From the NCBI RefSeq assembly GCF_001194135.2, contig NC_068986.1, positions 33,680,132-33,724,181 on the forward strand: a stretch of 44,050 bases of DNA, in the 5' to 3' direction. Below are positions 24,681 through 37,568 of the stretch, in pieces (within the stretch, counting starts at the first letter, position 1; every line of letters begins with the position of its first letter). Source of the stretch: Octopus bimaculoides (lineage: Eukaryota). Below the pieces are notes generated by a model. It was not told where the DNA came from. It was given only the letters and a program-made list of their open reading frames with translations, and searched no databases. The translations under genes and the position numbers were made by a program.

Positions 24681-25152
24681 ATGAAAAGGAACACCAGTCT
24701 CGTGCAGACCTTAGTCTCTCCAGCTGTTTCGCTGGGGCAAGGGCGCGAGGGCTGAGAGGGTGTATATGTTTTCTCTCTTCTAGATAATTGCCTAAAAGAA
24801 TTATCAAAATCATGCTACTTGCAATAGTCAAACATTGGTCTATCGCTTTCGACAATATAGTGTTCTTGAGGATTTGAATAATTACAAGCTAAGTTTTTTA
24901 GATGTAATAAAAGAAACATGGTGAAGAACAGTATATTATAAAGCAGTACAGCTTCAGCTATAATAACTGTTTCTTTGTTGTTTGTGCAGGACCTCATATT
25001 CATACGGAAGGAAAATGATAGTGCTTCAAGGCAATCACTCGACCTGCTGCAAAAAGCAATCAAACACCCCTCAGAATAACTCCTGACTTCTTAAATACCA
25101 GGAAGTTCGCATTAGAAAATATTGTCCTGGAGACCAGCTTCAGTATTATCAT

Positions 25153-25202
<50 letters not shown>

Positions 25203-25729
25203 NNNNNNNNNNGTGGTGGTGGTGGTGGTGGTGGTGGTGGTGGTGGTGTTCATCGTCGTACTCGTCGTCGTGGCGTCAGCTGCGGTAATGATTATCGCTG
25301 ATGTGATTTTGGCGGTCTAGTGGTGATGGCTGTAGAGGCGACAGCGGCAATGGTGGTATTCGTGGTGGTGGTGGTGGTTAGGTGGTGGTGGTGGCTGCTG
25401 TGTATGTTACTACGTACAGTTGTCTTTTTACCAGCAATATTTGCCTGCACTTCCAAAGGAAAACTATCACAAAAGTAATGAGTATTAAACAAACAAACAA
25501 AAGACACAAAAGAATCACATGTAAACTTATACAGTGCATACTCATCGAGGTACGCATACACATATGAACGGAGACGTGATCATAAATTGTTCATCTTTTT
25601 ATGCATAAATTATGTCTGCACATGCGCATGCATGCTTACTTGCATATACAAGTGATACTTATGTATTTACTTATTCATATACATGAGAACCTATACTCCT
25701 TTATTTGCATAATATACGTAAAATGGCTT

Positions 25730-26520
<791 letters not shown>

Positions 26521-27970
26521 TCAGATATGCACACAACATATATACATATTTATTTGTTTATACTGTATGTATGTGTGTATGTTCATATNNNNNNNNNNNN
26601 NNNNNNNNNNNNNNNNNNNNNNNNNNNNNNNNNNNNNNNNNNNNNNNNNNNNNNNNNNNNNNNNNNNNNNNNNNNNNNNNNNNNNNNNNNNNNNNNNNNN
26701 NNNNNNNNNNNNNNNNNNNNNNNNNNNNNNNNNNNNNNNNNNNNNNNNNNNNNNNNNNNNNNNNNNNNNNNNNNNNNNNNNNNNNNNNNNNNNNNNNNNN
26801 NNNNNNNNNNNNNNNNNNNNNNNNNNNNNNNNNNNNNNNNNNNNNNNNNNNNNNNNNNNNNNNNNNNNNNNNNNNNNNNNNNNNNNNNNNNNNNNNNNNN
26901 NNNNNNNNNNNNNNNNNNNNNNNNNNNNNNNNNNNNNNNNNNNNNNNNNNNNNNNNNNNNNNNNNNNNNNNNNNNNNNNNNNNNNNNNNNNNNNNNNNNN
27001 NNNNNNNNNNNNNNNNNNNNNNNNNNNNNNNNNNNNNNNNNNNNNNNNNNNNNNNNNNNNNNNNNNNNNNNNNNNNNNNNNNNNNNNNNNNNNNNNNNNN
27101 NNNNNNNNNNNNNNNNNNNNNNNNNNNNNNNNNNNNNNNNNNNNNNNNNNNNNNNNNNNNNNNNNNNNNNNNNNNNNNNNNNNNNNNNNNNNNNNNNNNN
27201 NNNNNNNNNNNNNNNNNNNNNNNNNNNNNNNNNNNNNNNATATACACATATATATGTATGCATGTATATTTACGGACGCACGCACATATTAATGTGTATG
27301 AGAAAGTCATGGCGACGTTTGAATTTAAAACAGACGGAAAGAATGAATATTGAGTTGAATACCAGAACTTATGAATACCAGAATAGTCAATAGGAAGCCT
27401 GTGAATTGCTTGTTGTCAACAAAGAAATAAGGAAACTCCAAGTTTCGTCGCCAACACCATGATTCTCTAGGTACCGGTCCGACTTAACATCACTACTCTA
27501 TATTATTTACAGATCATATACACTTCACTTCCACTTCTATACAGACTGTGTGCATTTCTTTCTCTTTCTGCTTCTGTATGTTTTATCTGTCTATTTGCTT
27601 GTCTGTATACCTCAGCATCATTGCTATTATATCTGTATTTGTGTATGATATCTGTATATCTCTTTTTCTATATTAATCTGTATGTATCTGCTTGGGTGTG
27701 TACAGAATAACTTACACATATACACACACACACACATACTCATACACAGTCATACATATGCACTTATATATATATATTACATTTATAAATTTGTATGTAT
27801 ATATGTACCTGTGTGTGTGTGTGTGTACTGTTTTATCATTGTTTCAAACATAGGAGTAGAAAGCATATGAAATTTAATTTGTTTTTCTTTCTCCCTAAAA
27901 TATTACTATACACGTATGCATATATGTGCGTGCATGTGTGTATAATGATATTACATACAAACACACACAC

Positions 27971-27971
<1 letters not shown>

Positions 27972-28057
<86 letters not shown>

Positions 28058-28058
28058 C

Positions 28059-28113
<55 letters not shown>
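27972..28113. repeat. (GATA)n, about 35 units
   Basis: Directly visible. Confidence 0.95.
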
Positions 28114-28115
<2 letters not shown>

Positions 28116-28290
28116 TTATGCTGAAACTTTCATGGTACTGAGTAAAAGAAAATACAGGAAGATCAGTTAATTATGATTTATAATGATTCTATTTAATATA
28201 TTCCGTCTCAATTTCACACACTTATTGCAGCGGTCCTTCAGTTTTTCTAAGCTCTGTAAAAGAACTCGGAAGGTTGCCCCTCGAACAACT
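28116..28290 (-). mobile_element. Mariner-derived MITE fragment (older copy of 43162-43370)
   Basis: Shares cacacttattgcagcggtccttcagtttttctaagctctgtaaaagaactcggaaggttg with the 43.2-kb copy. The minus strand reads SLEKLKDRCNKCVKLR (mariner transposase C-terminus-like). Confidence 0.78.
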
Positions 28291-30364
28291 ATCATTTTGT
28301 TTTTGTTCTTTTTTTCTGTTTGAGGATTTGCCTTACTAGACTTATATAGTGGCGAGAATGAATTTCAACTCAGAACACATCTATATCAGTTATCTCAAGA
28401 CACCTCAATCCATTTTCATATAATTCCACTAATTCACCGCTATAGCTGTACCAAAATTTCGAACTGCTTCTGTAGCCAGTATCAACAGAAGACTTTCCAG
28501 CACTGACACGCAAAACTCTCATTCTCAATATATTTGCAAGAATTCTGATATCTCCGATTCAGTGTTATGTATTTTTCTAAAGTATTCGTTTATCGCGTCA
28601 AGTTCTCTCTCACAAACAATCATGAGCCAATAAACCCTAAGAACTTTACAGTGGAAATAATAACTTTGCAATATTTGTATTAATACAGACATGCCTAGCT
28701 ACCACGCTGTCAAAATATGTTGGGAACTCCAAGGATGATAGTATTAAAAATAATAAAATCGATTACTCCAAGTCGTTCCCAACATTCATTACTCCCGAAC
28801 GTAATCTTTGTACTTCATATAAATATAACATCCTATTACAGCCTTCTCTAATTTAAAAATTTCGTCAAACACTTCGATGGCTACATATTTAGAAACATTC
28901 TACAACTAAATGGTTAAAATTAGTTATTTTCCCCATAATGCCATATCTTGACAAAAACTTGCAATTATTCATCAAAGCTCAAAAGTACTGTGTAATAGCC
29001 ATCTTCTTTGCTTTTGTGTGATTTATACATATAACACAGAGAGCAAAAATGCTACATAATTCTGCATGCAAATAGATGAATAAAATTCGTGATTTGCGTA
29101 TGAAAATTGAATAAACAAATGTATAACACAGTTTTAAACGGTTTTTCGAAATCCAATCAAATCACAGTGTGTTAACGAATATTTTTGCTTGTGTAAGGTC
29201 AGACTCCTTAGCTTAACTACATAAACAGAGGAAGTGATATATTTATAAATCGAAAGATATATCATGTGACAATATATTAAATTCACAAATATCTACGAAG
29301 TAGCTTAATCCAGTCATGGGCGCTTTCTAGTTGTAAAAATCACTACACTGTAATACGGATTGACTGTTTTGTCATCGATAATTCAGCATATTAAGGTTTC
29401 GAGCACAATTAATGTTCAAATATAATAGATATGTTCTTCAAATATATATATATATATATGTATATATCAAGGGAGGGGAGATAGAAAGATGAAAAGGGGT
29501 GAGATGTATATGTATATACATACATATGTATGTATATCAGATGGTAAAGGATAACGAGCATAAAGACATTTTCGGGGTGGGGGGAATTATTAAATGATTA
29601 AAGAACATATTGAATTATATTAGGATGAATGCGGGATTGCGGTTGTAATGTAATTTTGTGTGGACAGTATTCCAAGGCATTAATGTCGGTACCAGTGACA
29701 AAAGGATGCCGGAATGTGTATTTTTGAAAATGGAGCCCGCCAATTCAGAGATTGAACTATATATCATAAAGAAAAACTGTTATGTTTGTTACCATGTACG
29801 TTAGGAATTTACTTTCTTGACGGCATTTAGAAGTGAACTCGGATTGTAAGTTAACTTGATTGAATGTTTATGTTAGAATATGGTATTTTTCACAAAACTT
29901 AAAAAGCAGTTTTTCAATTAATTAATACACAGATTTGCAGTAACTTAATAATTATAACCGGTTACTCTTTCTGGAAGACAGTAATAGTGCTGTCTTTCAA
30001 ACCTTTCAACTTCAACATTATTTGTAACACTGCAAAGTGTCTTTTATTTAATATAATTCAAAATCATTTTCCGACTGATCACATAGATAATATGATATTT
30101 CTAATATAAAGAATATACAAGTCAGTCATCGTTGAACTGAAATTTTTGATATTATCGTTATCTTAAACAATGGCAATTTGGCAAAAATGTATTAAATAGC
30201 TTAAAAATTATACAGTAGTTAATCTCGCCAAAACAATCGGATCACCGCAATCTCAAGTATCTTTACATTCAGAAATTAGCTTCAAGTCTAACGATTATTG
30301 CAATTATCATATTCATTGTCGTTACTGTTAAATGCTAATGTTGAAACTGTCATTCTTGATGCTG

Positions 30365-30796
30365 TGTTGTTGTTGTTGTTGTTCGTGGTGGTGGTGGTGG
30401 TGGTGGTGATGATGATGATGATGATGATGGTGGCGGTGGTGGTGGTGGTGGTGACCATAACGATGATGATGATGGTGGTGGTGGTGTTGGTGGTGGTGAT
30501 GATGATGATGATGACGACGACGACGNNNNNNNNNNCATAACGATGATGATGATGGTGGTGGTGGTGTTGGTGGTGGTGATGATGATGATGATGACGACGA
30601 CGACGATGATGATGAAGATGATGATGATGATGGTGGTAGTGGTGGTGGTGGTGGTGGTGCTAGTGGTAGTGGTGGTGATGATGATGGTGGTGGTGGTGGT
30701 GGTGACGATAGCGATGATCATGGTGGTGGTGGTGGTGATGATGATGATGGTGACGATGACGACGGCGATGATGATGATGACGACGACGACGACGAC

Positions 30797-30870
<74 letters not shown>

Positions 30871-31210
30871 TGCCGTGGTGAGGATGATAGTGATGATTAT
30901 GATGATGACAATATGTTACAACTTATTGAACGGTTTAATTATTATATCAATATTGGTTTTGTTGCAGCCGTATATATTTTTCTAATACCGTGCTGCCGAA
31001 GTTGTTACTAATGTTGTTGTTGTTGTTGTTGTTGTTGTTGACGTTGTCATTATCATTATCATTTATGCCAATGTGCTATTGCTATCATAGTCTCTGCATA
31101 ACAACCTACATTATTATTGCTGCTGTTGTTGTTGTTAGTGTTGTTGTTGTTGTTGTTGTTGCTGTTGTTGTTATCATCATTATCCTCATCCTCGTCATCA
31201 TCATCATCAT
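30365..31210. repeat. (GAT/GGT/GAC)n then (GTT)/(ATC) low-complexity
   Basis: Directly visible; includes a duplicated 70-mer across a 10-N gap. Confidence 0.9.
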
Positions 31211-31330
31211 CCGTGTTTCCCTCTAAAAAACTTGTATATACTATCTGTGTCTGAATCTATATATATTCACATATATGTATATTTATGTATAAATTCATAA
31301 ACATCTGTATTTATATATGTATGCATATGC

Positions 31331-31380
<50 letters not shown>

Positions 31381-32055
31381 ATTCACACGCACAGGTATGT
31401 TTGTGCATGCGTGTTATATATTTAAGGTGTATATTGCTGTAGTTCCTCATTTAATTCCATATTTATGTTCTAATTCGTAGTTTCCTTTGTATCATATATC
31501 TAGTTTTGCACGTATGCACAAATCATAGAGGTTCCTTCTCACTTTCTATCTTCTATACACACGCACACAGACAGCCACACACACACACACACACACACGC
31601 ACGCACGCAAGGCCGCGCGCACAAACGAATAAGAAACATATACATAAATATACACATAGATTCTTACATATATACATATAAAAATACATTAATATAAGCT
31701 TACACACGTATATGTGTATATGTATGTGTGTGTGTATGTGCGTGTATGTGTGTTTCTGTGTGTTTGTGTACATACAAACAAATATGTATTGTGTAGATAT
31801 GTTTTAATATTGCCCATGTGGCAAATAAAGAAATTATTATTGCTGTTATTATTTTTATCATTATTAGTTTTCTTTAATATAATCTTTATTAATAATAATA
31901 GAGAAGTCATTATTATTCTTGTTTTTTGGTTGTTACCGTTATAACTGAGATTGTGCGTATACATACATGCATATATACGTATTCATATATCCATATATAC
32001 ATGTATATATATATAGGTAAATACGTATGCATATATATGTGTAAATGTTTTTATG

Positions 32056-32117
<62 letters not shown>

Positions 32118-32689
32118 NNNNNNNNNNNNNNNNNNNNNNNNNNNNNNNNNNNNNNNNNNNNNNNTCGTACGTATTAATATACACATGTATGTAAGTAGCA
32201 ATATCTAAGTCATTAGGATTATTATTAGCATTGATATTATTAATATTAATGTCATCCATACTTTATTATAACTATTAATATCATCATCATCATCATCGTC
32301 GTCGTCGTCGTCGTCGTTGTCATCATCATTAACAATTTTTTTTTTCAATCCAATTTTTAAATTTTCTTTTTTATTATTAATTTTTTTATTGCAGCACTTT
32401 GACCAATTTATGCAAATTGCTTTTTACATCGCCAACTTTATTACAAGATCAGAACTGAAGATTCGGTTTTTAGATAAATTTATAATTTATAAATTCTAAC
32501 ATAAAAATTCAAAATTGCTATGGATTCCTGTACGAAACAGTTTTATGCTGTTATAATGTATTACACTTAAGTATATTACTAACACGACTTCTACATTCCC
32601 CCGTATGATATGATAGCATTTATTTGAATTTCATTTTCCATTGACATTTATTTTACCACCACTTCTGTTGCTGCTACTACTACTATTAC

Positions 32690-32753
32690 TGCTGTTATCA
32701 TTATTATTGCTATTATCATCATCATCATTATTATTATTATTATTATCATTATG

Positions 32754-32818
<65 letters not shown>

Positions 32819-32825
32819 CATTATG

Positions 32826-32882
<57 letters not shown>

Positions 32883-33710
32883 GTTATTATTATTAATGTT
32901 ATTATTTTACTATTATTGTTATTGTTGTTGTTCTTGTTATTATAGCTATTATTTTCGCTTTTATTATTTTTGAAAATTATTTTAATGTGTATAATAATAA
33001 TAATAATGATAATGATAACAACAACAACAACAACAACTACAACAACAACAACTACAACAACAACAACTACAACAACAATAATAATAATAATAATAATAAC
33101 AACAACAACAATAATAATAATAATATTTATTGTTACTTTTGTTGATAATAAAGATGGCGATGTAATAATTATTATTGTTATTATTAATGTTATTATTATT
33201 ATTATCGCCATCATTATTTTTATTATAAATTTTGGCTCTTAGCATTAATATATCTTCATCGTTATCATCGACATCATCATAATCATCATTATCATCATCG
33301 TCGTCGTCGGCGTCATCATCATCATCATTATCATCATCATCATCACCACCATCATCATCGTCGCTGTTGTCGTCATCATCATCATCATCATCATCATCAT
33401 GTTCACCTTCATCATTATCACCATCATCATCATCATCACCACCACCACCATCATCATCATTTTCATCACCATCATCTCCGCCATCAACATCATCATCACC
33501 ACAGTCGTCGTCGTCACCATCATCATCATCATCATCATCATCATCGTCGTCTCGGTCTAGTCAAATTATAATAATATTAACGATAACAACGATATTAATT
33601 TTACTGGTACTGTTGCTGTTGCTGCTGCTGCTACTACTACTACTATTACTACTACTACTACTACTGCTACTACTACTACCACTACTCTATTATCATTACT
33701 ATCATCATCC
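32690..33710. repeat. (ATT)n-(AAT/AAC)n-(ATC)n-(CTA)n trinucleotide domain
   Basis: Directly visible. Confidence 0.92.
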
Positions 33711-34772
33711 TTATCAACTTCGTTGCTGTTTAGAAAACTAAATTGTTTGATATCACACAATTTAAATTTACGTGATTTTTGTTTCCTTCTTTCCTTTTTT
33801 GTTTGTTTGTATCGTTCCACATATATTTTTTTCTTTTTACCTCTTAATGGAATGATATATTGAGTTTAATAAAACATATTTTCACCACCGCCACCCTTCC
33901 CCCTCCTTACCATTCTAACTCTTCCTGTCGTTACGTAATTTCTTATCCATTTATTTATGGAAAAATATATCTACAAGATGCAGTGTGATTTTTATCTCAC
34001 CATTTTTTTAAAATTTTGGTTGTTTTTTTTTCATTTTTTTTTTTTCATAAGCGAGATACATTATATCGTACGTTGTTGCTTTGTGAATGTATGTGCATAC
34101 GTGTATGAGTGCGAGTGTGTGTGTTTTGTGAGGTTTCTTGTTGTTGTTGATGTTGTTGCAGTTGTTGCTGTTGTTTTGTCATATGTTCTTTGGTTTTATT
34201 TTATTTTATTTTTTTTTTGTTCCTTTTTCTTAACACTGGGTCAGATCTGATTGAACATACACTAACGGCACATAAGTAAACTGGATGAACAACTAACAAT
34301 ATATGGATCATAGGTATATGGTCCCATTGGGCATCAGCATTGTGCCTTCTTCTCTTACCTTTTGTCAGAAAAGAAGGCAACGTCCGTGACCCGGTACAGA
34401 GCCTCCTAGACAAGTAGAAGATTGGAGGACGGTGTCCTTAAATCAGAAATTTGACCCGAATAATCACAACATAGTAGTCTCCACTAAAAGCTCCCATTGT
34501 ATCGTGTAGTCTTAAAGTGGGTGACGGGTCCCGTCTACTCCCTTTCAGGCTCTGGTGAGATTTACACTCAAAGCGCAAAGAGCTGAAACCACCACCGCAA
34601 AGCATATAGATATGTATACATATATGCACATGAAATAATAGACAGAGAACACCACTGGAAAATGCGAAAACTAAAAGAAGCAGCACATATGCTAGGGCAC
34701 AACCTCCTAAGCAGACCGAGTGTAGATATGATCAGCATATGGGAACCGGTATTAAGGAAGGATATGAAAATA

Positions 34773-34853
34773 TGGCGTAGTGTTTAAGAGCGCGGTCTAC
34801 TAACCCCAAGATTCCGAGTTCGATTCCAAGCAGTGACCTGAATAATAATGATG

Positions 34854-34923
<70 letters not shown>

Positions 34924-35085
34924 CAACAATAACATCGAAAAATACCTTCGAAATTTTCCCAAGACACCTGATGAAGGCTGGAGGGTATATCAGCCGAAAC
35001 GTTGTGTTAACAACAAAGATGAGGGCAAATATCCGTCAAATGGAAATAATGTAAATAATTCCCCATCTCTTAAATATAGAACTGT
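34773..35085 (+). mobile_element. Chimeric SINE-like element: tRNA-like Pol III head, (AAT)n linker and Penelope-type hammerhead tail
   Basis: A box TGGCGTAGTGT 34773-34783, B box GTTCGATTCC 34818-34827, (AAT)n/(AAC)n about 34841-34933, hammerhead 34963-35008. An A/T-rich tail ends at about 35085 (approximate boundary). Confidence 0.75.
34963..35008 (+). ncRNA. Minimal type I hammerhead ribozyme (Penelope-type, predicted to act as a dimer)
   Basis: Stem I GACAC (34963-34967) pairs with GTGTT (35004-35008). Core CTGATGA 34968-34974 plus one extra A. Perfect stem II GGCTG/CAGCC with a 10-nt loop. GAAAC 34996-35000, cleavage triplet GTT 35001-35003. Stem III is reduced to the palindrome AACGTT. 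Confidence 0.8.
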
Positions 35086-35379
35086 AACACACAGATACAT
35101 ACATACATGTGTGTGTCTAAATATATACGCATCATTGAATGAAAAGTCGCGAGTGTAACATCAAAGGTTGTCTCATTCCTAACTGTCGATCAGCCATTAA
35201 CTCATTCACCTCTTTGACGGGCTTTGTTTTTTCGTCCTGCAGAGTGTCGAACGAAAATCATCTTCCTTACCAAGCAGTTGCTGTTTTAATCGCCAGTGGT
35301 CTGACCATGCGACAGACTATATTGGATTATAATGTTACTAGTAGCACTAAGAGTAACCTGAAATAATATATACAGACAT

Positions 35380-35440
<61 letters not shown>

Positions 35441-36014
35441 ATGTGTATGTATGTATGTATGTATGTATGTATGTATATACCCATGCATACATATACAGAG
35501 CTCCAAATTAAATGTGCGTGTGCCATCGTGTATGTGTACGCGTGCGCACGTGCTCGTAGAAAAATTACGAAGTTCTAACACGTAAAACATTATTTTGTAT
35601 TCAATTCCATTCGTTGTTTGTATTCATTTCTTGCCGTGTCATTATCCGATGACATAGAATATTTGAAGTTATGGTTAGCATATGACATGTTCTCTATGGG
35701 AAAAAAAATACAAATTGACAAAGCAAAATATGTATAAAATTAGATGGAATTATCATACGGAAAATGTTCTACGAAGGATAGTGGCAGTGCTTAAAAGAAT
35801 AACTTTTTGTATTATTGCACCATGGAATCCCTAAGTACTTACACAAGAAGTTAGACAGTATTACTTTTTAATAATCTATTTACGTGCGCCAAGAATATTG
35901 AGATTATCATTGCATTTGTCTTCTAAGGTTTTGGTAAGATATCCTCATGAATTATGGAGGTTCGTTTAGAATGCTGAGGCTCGTGTGATTGATGTTTAGT
36001 CTCAGTTTCTGCAG

Positions 36015-36070
36015 GTTAAGTAAGAACTGTTGAGAAATGATGGCACTGATTAAATTCCAGGGAGTTGGAG
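36015..36070 (+). CDS. Candidate first coding exon (ATG 36037; MMALIKFQGVG, phase-1 end)
   Basis: Acceptor ttagtctcagtttctgcAG, donor GAG|GTATGG, in-frame TGA two codons before the ATG. Confidence 0.25.
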
Positions 36071-36526
36071 GTATGGAGATAAAGATTTTGTCGTAATACA
36101 TTGTGGCGATAACAATAGAAGAAAGAAAACAAGGCGAAGTCGTTAAATGATGACAAGAGAACTGAAGCAAAAATATTTACGACATAACCCTTTTACTGTA
36201 AAAAGCAGATGCATCCACCCAATATTTCTTTATCCTTAATCACGAAAAGCAGGTTTATATTCCAATCTACTTGTTGTTGAGGAATGTCATGTATGAAATA
36301 AGATTCTGTTGAGATATGTCAAATGTATTAAGGCAACTGACTTGCAGAAAATAACATTTCTGTTTTTGGTAGATATCTAGCATCATTATTGGAATAACCA
36401 TGAAATTTAATTTGGTAGTGAAAGGGTTATACAAACAATTAAATAATTGCTAAATAATGCAAATTATAAACCTAGACTTTAACATTGGATTCCGTCACCG
36501 TCATAGATTAAACCTAATGCACGCAG

Positions 36527-36577
36527 ATTTGTCCAGGTACCAAGGAGAGAACTGCATTGCAGTCACTCAACTTACTG
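36527..36577 (+). CDS. Candidate 51-nt exon (DLSRYQGENCIAVTQLT)
   Basis: Perfect donor CTG|GTAAGT. The acceptor is weak (cctaatgcacgcAG) but has a branch-like CTAAT. Confidence 0.35.
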
Positions 36578-36627
36578 GTAAGTGAAGCTAAATTTTCCTC
36601 AAATCTCGTTTTACCATCTAATAGCCA

Positions 36628-36735
36628 TAACAATCCTTTCTACTATAGGCACAAAGCCTGAAATTTTGGGGCGAGGGGATAATCGAATACATCGACCCCA
36701 GTACTTGACTGGTACTTTTTTTACCGACCCCGAAT
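36628..36735 (-). mobile_element. SINE family A, 3' half
   Basis: aatcctttctactataggcacaaagcctgaaattttgggg...atcgaccccagtacttgactggtac...ccgaccccgaa is the reverse complement of the family core and tail. Confidence 0.82.
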
Positions 36736-36892
36736 GTTGGTCGCCATCTTAATTTAGATCGGTCGAAAGGGTAATCTTAGTAGAATATCGAATTTACGGT
36801 AACGTTAACCCATGTTTCGTTTTATGTCTAAATATTGCCGTCTTAAGTTATTTTCGTTGATGTTCAGCCCTAGGTTGTTTCTTGTCGCGCAG

Positions 36893-36982
36893 ACCAAGAG
36901 CAGATAGATGCGGGAATTTTACACAGAAACGATAACTCTGAAATGGACACCCGGAGGACATGTGGCTCTCTAACTATTGAAA
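36893..36982 (+). CDS. Candidate 90-nt exon (DQEQIDAGILHRNDNSEMDTRRTCGSLTIE)
   Basis: Acceptor gttgtttcttgtcgcgcAG, donor AAA|GTATGA. Only the phase-1 frame is free of stops. Confidence 0.4.
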
Positions 36983-37071
36983 GTATGAACCAGTGACATG
37001 TGTGAACGTTCTGATTACTAGCACTTAGTCCATATTCAGGGTTTAGACCAAGTAAATCAACCTTTCTCTAG

Positions 37072-37104
37072 AAGCGGGCTGGATGAGATATGGTTCATTA
37101 TCAG
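37072..37104 (+). CDS. Candidate 33-nt exon (KAGWMRYGSLS)
   Basis: Acceptor tcaacctttctctAG, donor CAG|GTGAGC, phase 1-1 compatible with its neighbours. Confidence 0.4.
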
Positions 37105-37162
37105 GTGAGCCGAAGCAACTAAGAAAATACACGGTAATTGTTGGTTAGGCATGTCATTTCAG

Positions 37163-37257
37163 ATAGTCCCGCGGGCTGCAGTTTGTCCATAAAAGGTTTA
37201 GATGATAATCCTCAATGGGTGTATATGGGGTTTGCATGTCAATACTCTAAGCGCTAA
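37163..37257 (+). CDS. Candidate terminal exon (DSPAGCSLSIKGLDDNPQWVYMGFACQYSKR*)
   Basis: Acceptor gcatgtcatttcAG, and only phase 1 is open. The preceding intron is only 58 nt. An alternative weak donor AAG|GTTTAG follows 37195. Confidence 0.3.
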
Positions 37258-37368
37258 AAAAACCCGCAAAAGAAAGAATAAGGAGTAACTATTCAAATCA
37301 AATGCAAATGACATGCAGAGAAGGAAAAAAAGTTGATCCCTCTTAATCCTAATGTAGATTGACGTACT

Positions 37369-37568
37369 TTGTTCTGTCCCCTAATTACCGCTGGACAACC
37401 AGTGCCGGTGTGTTTAGGTCCCCGTAGCTAGACGGTTTGGAAAAAGGGCCGATAGAATAAATACCAGGCTTTTAAAAAAAGAGCTACTTGAGTCAATACG
37501 TTCGACTAAAAATTTTTCAAGGCAGTGCCCCAGCATGGCCACAGTCTAAAAAGTAAAAGATAAGATAT
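37369..37568 (+). mobile_element. SINE family B 3' module without head
   Basis: ccgctggacaaccagtgccggtgtgtttaggtccccgtagc...ccgatagaataaataccagg...ccagcatggccacagtc...aagtaaaaga aligns to 3282-3480. Confidence 0.78.

Noticed and set aside
24990-25080. Strong + acceptor followed by DLIFIRKENDSASRQSLDLLQKAIKHPSE* or GPHIHTEGK*
   Set aside because: A possible terminal exon, but the frame is ambiguous and there is no corroborating signal.
28444-28630. Ser-rich + frame AVPKFRTASVASINRRLSSTDTQ after a modest acceptor
   Set aside because: No convincing donor, and the antisense frame looks equally protein-like.
30456-30605. Exact 70-bp direct repeat (30456-30525 and 30536-30605)
   Set aside because: The two copies flank a 10-N placeholder gap, so this is almost certainly an unmerged contig overlap.
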